From an uncultured virus (IMG/VR IMGVR_UViG_3300046340_000069) (taxonomy: Duplodnaviria > Heunggongvirae > Uroviricota > Caudoviricetes), in the IMG/VR virus record IMGVR_UViG_3300046340_000069: a stretch of DNA of 64,000 nt. One strand, 5' to 3'. Below are positions 58,758 through 64,000 of the stretch, piece after piece. Positions within the stretch are counted from its first letter, which is position 1; each line of letters opens with the position of its first letter. The position numbers and the translations under genes are program-made. The notes beneath the pieces are model-generated. The model was not told where the DNA came from. It did not search any database and saw only the letters and a list, made by a program, of their open reading frames with translations.

Positions 58758-59015
58758 TAGGTTTATCCCATGTAAGCTGATTTTCTAAGTGTGCTTCTAT
58801 TAATTGATCTAGTTTTGTTTGATGTTCTGCTGGGAATACAATATTAGGATCTGGCAACCAATTATCTACTTCTAATAGATATCTTTCTGGACTGACTAAA
58901 CCAGATTTTACTCCAAACTGGTAATGAATGTTTTGTAAGTAATTAATTAAGATCTTTTGAACAAAAATTTATTCGTTTCTTTATTCTTGGTCTAGCAATT
59001 CGTGTTTCATAGCTA
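58747..59015 (-). pseudogene. C-terminal relic of the HNH-AP2 gene
   Basis: Encodes ...YLQNIHYQFGVKSGLVSPERYL...ENQLTWDKPIMC*, frameshifted. Confidence 0.85.
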
Positions 59016-59034
59016 TTAATATATTGTCAGAATA

Positions 59035-59080
59035 CTCTAGAATACTTTAGAATCGATAGTAACTATAAATATGAATAGAA
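59035..59080 (+). repeat. degenerate dispersed repeat with late promoter
   Basis: ctctagaatac...aacTATAAATAtga (59064-59071) upstream of fibre gene. Confidence 0.6.
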
Positions 59081-59099
59081 ATATTAAATTTAATAAGAC

Positions 59100-60011
59100 A
59101 TGGCTGCTATACAATTATTAAGAAAAAGTAGTACTAATGGAGTAATACCTACTACTGCTCAATTATTATTAGGAGAATTGGCGATCAATACATTTGAGGG
59201 GAGATTATTCAGTAAAAAAAATAACGGCATAGAATCAATCACTGAGTTTGTAAGTACTACCGGAAATTTTATAGGTACAATAGATACGATACCCATTGGT
59301 AGAGGTACTGGAGGATTAGCAGGAAATATTAGAATAGGTATCGGAGCATTAGCAAATAATACAGGAAGTACCTCAAATATAGCGGTAGGAACAAATGCAC
59401 TAGCCAGTCTTAATGTGGTTAATACTGGCAATAATATTGGATTGGGACAGAATACCCTAACTGCCAATATTAGTGGTACGGATAATATAGCAATAGGTAC
59501 AGGCGCATTATCCGCCAATACAGTAAGTGGTGGTTTGGCAATAGGTGTCAATGCAGGTAGTAACAGTACTATTGGTGCGGGAAATATATTTTTGGGAAAC
59601 AATACTACATTAGCTGCTGCTGCTAACACTAATTCAATCGTAATTGGCAATGGTACGGCTGGATTAGGTAATAATACTACTGTCATCGGGACTACTGCTA
59701 CGACATTTACTAAATTGTGGGGAAAATTATCACTAGATAGTACAATTGTTACTGTTGCTGCTACTACATTTACTATTAATAAACCAGCAGGAATTCTTCT
59801 TTGTTCTGTGGGCAACGCAATCATTACCGTAAATAATAGTTTGGTGACAGTTAATAGTATAGTGTCAGTACAGTTAAGAAATATTCCTTCCCCGACTACT
59901 GCTGTTATCCGTAATGTGGTAGTCAATAATGGGTCATTTACCATCAACTTTGCGGCAACTCCTACAGTCACCCAACCAAGAATATCATTTATTGTTATTG
60001 AGACAATCTAA
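59100..60011 (+). CDS. tail fibre/adhesin-like protein
   Basis: N-terminal P....L.LGELAINT.EG.LF; NIAIG..AL repeats. Confidence 0.8.
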   Translation: MAAIQLLRKSSTNGVIPTTAQLLLGELAINTFEGRLFSKKNNGIESITEFVSTTGNFIGTIDTIPIGRGTGGLAGNIRIGIGALANNTGSTSNIAVGTNALASLNVVNTGNNIGLGQNTLTANISGTDNIAIGTGALSANTVSGGLAIGVNAGSNSTIGAGNIFLGNNTTLAAAANTNSIVIGNGTAGLGNNTTVIGTTATTFTKLWGKLSLDSTIVTVAATTFTINKPAGILLCSVGNAIITVNNSLVTVNSIVSVQLRNIPSPTTAVIRNVVVNNGSFTINFAATPTVTQPRISFIVIETI

Positions 60012-60085
60012 ATATACGCGGAGAGGGGTCTAGACTGCCTTACAACGCACGAAAACTCCAAATATGACTACAAGTACCAGATTAC
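60012..60085 (+). repeat. dispersed repeat copy
   Basis: gagaggggtctagactgccttacaacgcacgaaaac...aatatgactac. Confidence 0.88.
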
Positions 60086-60114
60086 CTAAATAATTAATAT
60101 TAATAATAAAAATT

Positions 60115-60618
60115 ATGTCATTATTACAAACATTAGAAATAGTAGATTTGATTAGTAACAGTATTAATCAAATCTCTAACACCAAAATTGCTTTATCGAA
60201 TCAAGTCGATCAGTTACTAATCAAATTAGAACACCCAGATGTATTAAAATCGATTAGCAATGAAGAATTGCAACGATGTATCGATGTAATTAATGATGCT
60301 GGAGTAGTACTGAATAGAACTTATCCTAATAAAATTGTTCCTTACCCCCGCCCCATTGAATTTAAAAAATACTGTACTAATAAGGCGAACCCAGTATACA
60401 CAGTGTATCAGAAAATTATGTATGCTGCTACTAAAGATCTGGCTAAATTCTCCGCATTATATATATTTTCCGAGTTGCTCTGGTATGATGTGTATGAGGT
60501 GGATAGAGTTGAGCAATCTTTAAAGTACGTGTTATCATTAATTCCGCTTTCTTCCGAGGAATTACAGATAATGCAGTTAGCTTGTGATAAGCATTATTTA
60601 AACATTAATTTAAGCTAA
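60115..60618 (+). CDS. hypothetical protein
   Basis: 167-aa ATG ORF. Confidence 0.7.
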   Translation: MSLLQTLEIVDLISNSINQISNTKIALSNQVDQLLIKLEHPDVLKSISNEELQRCIDVINDAGVVLNRTYPNKIVPYPRPIEFKKYCTNKANPVYTVYQKIMYAATKDLAKFSALYIFSELLWYDVYEVDRVEQSLKYVLSLIPLSSEELQIMQLACDKHYLNINLS

Positions 60619-60669
60619 TTTTTTGATTATAAATAATAATAATAATAATACAATTGCAAATAATATATC

Positions 60670-60915
60670 ATGAAATTACAAGAATTCCGCGATGACTTTC
60701 AATTACAACTACAACAAGTATCACAAAAAATTCAAGAATTGACTACTGAGTTGCAAGGCTTACAACAGCAAGCTTTGAAGCTTCAAGGGGCATGTGAGGC
60801 GGTAGATCTAATTGATCAAAATATGGATTTAGTAGTACCACAAGTAGTGGATTTTGAAGAACCATCCATTATTGATGTAGAATCCACACCAATTAAACGA
60901 ACTACTAAGAAATAA
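60670..60915 (+). CDS. coiled-coil protein
   Basis: TATAAATA at 60628; Q/L heptads, LQGA.E. Confidence 0.7.
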   Translation: MKLQEFRDDFQLQLQQVSQKIQELTTELQGLQQQALKLQGACEAVDLIDQNMDLVVPQVVDFEEPSIIDVESTPIKRTTKK

Positions 60916-60920
60916 TAAAT

Positions 60921-61160
60921 ATGGATGTATCTAAACTGCTGGAATCTATTGATACTTTGTCTACTCAAGCCATGACCACAATTAGTAATACATTTGATAG
61001 TGCCGGAATTACTAATGACCAACTTGCTACTACAAGAATGGCAACTTGTGTTAATTGTCCTCATTTTGTATCATCTTCTGCCAAGTGTAGTATTTGTGGG
61101 TGCTACATGAAACTCAAATGTAGGTTAATTGGTGCAAAATGTCCAGAAAATTTGTGGTAA
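60921..61160 (+). CDS. small Cys-rich zinc-binding protein
   Basis: R...CxxC...CxxCGC...K......CP...W. Confidence 0.75.
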   Translation: MDVSKLLESIDTLSTQAMTTISNTFDSAGITNDQLATTRMATCVNCPHFVSSSAKCSICGCYMKLKCRLIGAKCPENLW

Positions 61161-61419
61161 CTATTCCCTAATGTTCTCTCAGATGCCCCTAGAATGCCTT
61201 GTAAGGTCTTTTGGGGCATTTTGATATAAATCCATATTAAATTTAATACCATGTTGCTGTAGCCAATTCTCGTTAGACTTAATGTTATTACAAATCTTTC
61301 AAAAGAAATATCAAAAAAGATCGAATATCCTCTTGACATTCGATATTCGATAATGTTAGCTTTAGTGCATGGGGAAAACAAACACCCCAACTAACCACTA
61401 AACAGCTAAACGAAATTAT

Positions 61420-62649
61420 ATGTCAATCGAAGTCGTAAACCATACTACAGCAACAGCAACAGGTAAAGTAAAAAGTCCTTCTGCCTACCTCAAATCTATT
61501 ACAGACGCAAAGAAAATTGGCGAATTTTTCACAATTCCTTTATCAGCCTTAGAAATATACCCAAACTTCAACAAGCGCACTGACTATAAACTCGATGAAT
61601 TGAAATTATTTATTGAACAAAACAGTGTTAGTGCATTACCAGCTATCAAGCTAATGTATATCGATGGCAAATTGTATGTAGAAGAAGGGCATCGGCGACA
61701 AAAAGCTTGTGTTGAACTGGACTTGCCCCCAGAAACCCCAATCAAAGTATTTATTGGGGAACCATCATCTTCCGCAGAAAGACTAGCGCGCCAAATTTCC
61801 AGTAATTCTGGGGAGAAATATAATTTTGTAGAGATGGTGGCGGTGGTTAAAGAGTTGATTCAAAAGGAAGGTATGACCCAGACTCAAGTAGCCAAGATGA
61901 TTGGTAAAACTCAAGGTTCTGTAAGTCAGATGTCTTTGTTCTTCAATTACAGCAATCTCTTGCTGCTCGAAATTCAACATGGTTCCATCAAGTATACACG
62001 AGTAATGGAATTACAAAAATCTGGTTATACCGAAGAACAGATTTTAGAAGTAATCAAGAAAAGTACTCATAATTCTACTTCAGATAAAGCACCAGTACCA
62101 CCAATAAATCCTGATTCTGATAAATTAAACCAATTGTTAGGCGACGATCATCCGATAGATGATAAAAATACATCTGGTGGTAAGCGGAAAGGTAGTAAAT
62201 CTGGTGGTAAGCAGAAAGGTAGTAAATCTGGGGGTACGCGGAAAGGGGATGAACCCGTAGAAGAGGATCTGATTAATGCGGAATCCCTAGAAAACCCAGA
62301 AGAGGATCTGATTAATGCGGAATCCCTAGAAAACTCAGAAGAGGATCTGATTAATGCGGAATCCCTAGAAAACTCAGAAGAGGATCTGATTAATGCGGAA
62401 TCCCTAGAAAACTCAGAAGATTATGATGACGAAGAACTAAAAAAAGCGGTAATACTCAAAGATAGCGGTGTTGCTCCCAATAAACCAACTGCAACAGAGA
62501 CTAGTATTAAAAAAGTTAATGTAAAATTGGTGTTGGTCAATTTCTTCATTGATGCCAAGATTGTTGATAATGGCGATGGTACTGTTTCATACAACATCAC
62601 CCAAGAACAGCACGCTGAGTTTCAGCGTAATTGTATGAATATCCAGTAA
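61420..62649 (+). CDS. ParB-like protein (ParB N-domain + HTH + acidic repeats)
   Basis: FN.R, EGHRR arginine patch, MTQTQVAKMIGKTQGSVSQ HTH. Confidence 0.85.
   Translation: MSIEVVNHTTATATGKVKSPSAYLKSITDAKKIGEFFTIPLSALEIYPNFNKRTDYKLDELKLFIEQNSVSALPAIKLMYIDGKLYVEEGHRRQKACVELDLPPETPIKVFIGEPSSSAERLARQISSNSGEKYNFVEMVAVVKELIQKEGMTQTQVAKMIGKTQGSVSQMSLFFNYSNLLLLEIQHGSIKYTRVMELQKSGYTEEQILEVIKKSTHNSTSDKAPVPPINPDSDKLNQLLGDDHPIDDKNTSGGKRKGSKSGGKQKGSKSGGTRKGDEPVEEDLINAESLENPEEDLINAESLENSEEDLINAESLENSEEDLINAESLENSEDYDDEELKKAVILKDSGVAPNKPTATETSIKKVNVKLVLVNFFIDAKIVDNGDGTVSYNITQEQHAEFQRNCMNIQ
62259..62420 (+). repeat. 39-bp tandem repeat x4
   Basis: gaagaggatctgattaatgcggaatccctagaaaacyca = EEDLINAESLEN(P/S). 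Confidence 0.95.
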
Positions 62650-62781
62650 TTTAATAAGGGAACGCTTGATACCGATCCCTTTAATGACAAGAAGGTATTA
62701 AGTCAAACTACTTCAATTTTAACCTTTTTTTAACCATTTACTACTTGACTTATTAACGTCGTATGTACTATACTAACTGTA

Positions 62782-63048
62782 ATGAGTCTAAAACTCACGT
62801 CTTCTAACCCAAACAAGGAATATCGAAACATGAACGCTAAAGATATGATCATTTCATCGGTAGACTCTAATGGAGATGTCACTATTCTTGCCACTAAGTA
62901 CGATCCCACAATTCTCCACCCTATCACGGTGTTTGCCAACACTGGATTTTACGGGTGGATTCTAAAAATCCACGACAACAAAACTACGATTAATAATGAT
63001 GCTCCTACCAGCATCTTAAATCGAGTATATAACTTAATCACTTGGTAG
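62782..63048 (+). CDS. hypothetical protein
   Basis: Behind TTGACT-17-TATACT; start may be ATG 62830. Confidence 0.6.
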   Translation: MSLKLTSSNPNKEYRNMNAKDMIISSVDSNGDVTILATKYDPTILHPITVFANTGFYGWILKIHDNKTTINNDAPTSILNRVYNLITW

Positions 63049-63063
63049 ATTCTATGTCCAATC

Positions 63064-63098
63064 CAACTAAGTCCACACATTTGTGTGGACTTAGTTGA
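63064..63098. terminator. long hairpin
   Basis: caactaagtccacac-attt-gtgtggacttagttg. Confidence 0.65.
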
Positions 63099-63188
63099 TG
63101 CTACTTTAGTATTATAAACTTTCTTCTCTGTTTCTGTTTACCCACTTCAAAAAAAAAATATAACTAAAAAGTTATCTTTTTTTTGTTA

Positions 63189-63340
63189 TTGGGATAAGCC
63201 AATTATGCTCTCAGATCCGTCTAGAGTGCCCCTCAACGCACGAAAACTAGAATAATGACTTACTATATCAAATTACAGCTGTCGTGCCTTACAGAGCATT
63301 CTAGAGGGATATTAAATTTGATATAGTAAGTCATCATATT
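63189..63340 (+). repeat. HNH 3'-end stub + dispersed repeat + inverted partial copies
   Basis: tgggataagccaattatg-ctctcagatccgtctagagtgcccctcaacgcacgaaaac; atgacttactatatcaaatt / aatttgatatagtaagtcat inverted pair. Confidence 0.8.
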
Positions 63341-63443
63341 AATATTGGGATATCCGCCATTGTGCTTAATCTGTTAAAATGGCTTGCAATTAGATCGGAT
63401 TAGTGAGATAGTTAAAACAGTTAAACAAGACAACCAAAATAAT

Positions 63444-63536
63444 ATGACATATCTTGAATTATACGATGTATTACACAAGCTGTTCCCAGATCTGGTAGGA
63501 GAACTCAACAATCTAGATTATCGGAGATTTGGGTAA
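63444..63536 (+). pseudogene. small gene interrupted by the IS200/IS605 insertion
   Basis: MTYLELYDVLHKLFPDLVGELNNLDY, then reads into the IS left end and stops. Confidence 0.55.
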
Positions 63537-64000
63537 AAACCCCGTCCTGAAGGACGGCTTTCTTCTAATTGCTCCTTGACTTTCTATATTTTCTCCGCTA
63601 TACTATATACATATCCCATTAATCAATACAATGCTTTCTCGCTATAATTATCGATTTTATCCAACTCCTCACCAACAGTTGCGCCTTGCGCATACTTTTG
63701 GTTGCTGTCGTTTTGTTTATAATCATATTTTAGCGATTATTAAATCTAATACTCTCAAATTTACTTCTGCTTACGATCTAATTAAACTTGTTACTTTACT
63801 TAAATCTGAGCACACTTTTCTGAAAGATGTCTCGTCTGTTGCTCTTCAACAATCTGTTTCTAATTTAGGTAGTTCGTTTAAAAACTTTTTTGATTCCCTG
63901 AAAGGGAAACGCAAAGGTCAAAAAATAGGTTTCCCTAAATTTAAAAAACGTACTAATTCTCAAAGTTGTACATTTCAATCTAATGGGTATCAATTACTAG
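63522..64000 (+). mobile_element. IS200/IS605-family element (IS1341-like, no tnpA upstream), truncated by window edge
   Basis: Left end after TTAT with subterminal hairpin and TTGACT-17-TATACT promoter, then tnpB. Confidence 0.9.
63631..64000 (+). CDS. tnpB: TnpB RNA-guided nuclease, N-terminal part
   Basis: Manual translation MLSRYNYRFYPTPHQQ...FGCCRFVYN...LKDVSSVALQQ...FKNFF...GFPKFKK. Confidence 0.93.
   Translation, partial: MLSRYNYRFYPTPHQQLRLAHTFGCCRFVYNHILAIIKSNTLKFTSAYDLIKLVTLLKSEHTFLKDVSSVALQQSVSNLGSSFKNFFDSLKGKRKGQKIGFPKFKKRTNSQSCTFQSNGYQLL

Noticed and set aside
62259..62420. 39-bp direct repeats as a CRISPR array
   Set aside because: No spacers; head-to-tail, in frame within the ParB-like ORF; no cas genes.
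3186..63273. Dispersed ~75-bp repeats as CRISPR repeats or tRNAs
   Set aside because: Single scattered copies in both orientations; no cloverleaf or T-arm motif. No tRNA was recognised anywhere in the window.

Overview
AT-rich 64 kb segment of a large T4-like myovirus. The host is almost certainly a cyanobacterium (nblA, cyanophage-type gene order, cyanobacterial-style tnpB). Gene content: replication genes (44, 62, regA, uvsX, 41, 61, rnh, 33, 59, 32), nucleotide metabolism (mazG, nrdA, nrdB, thyX), probable head-internal proteins, baseplate/tail genes (53, 48, 4, 2, 54-like, 26/51, 27-like, 5, fibres), a ParB-like protein and an IS200/IS605 tnpB cut by the right edge. Main findings: (1) NrdA is in three ORFs, including an unannotated free-standing 57-aa peptide carrying the C-terminal CxxC redox tail. 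(2) An RNA ligase is split by an antisense MobE-like HNH gene. (3) Both split enzymes carry similar, non-intein paired extensions at their break points, a candidate docking module for genes in pieces. (4) About 17 dispersed ~75-bp repeats, some with a late promoter, are tied to an HNH-AP2 gene and its deletion derivatives. (5) A 304-bp guide-only IS200/IS605 derivative shares its left end with the tnpB element. (6) A 16-bp palindrome, TTATTAAATTTAATAA, is strongly over-represented. (7) A probable -1 frameshift joins gp26 to a start-less gp51. (8) There are four inteins, two with unusual termini (Met1, C-terminal Gln). All protein calls come from motif recognition by eye; no searches were run.
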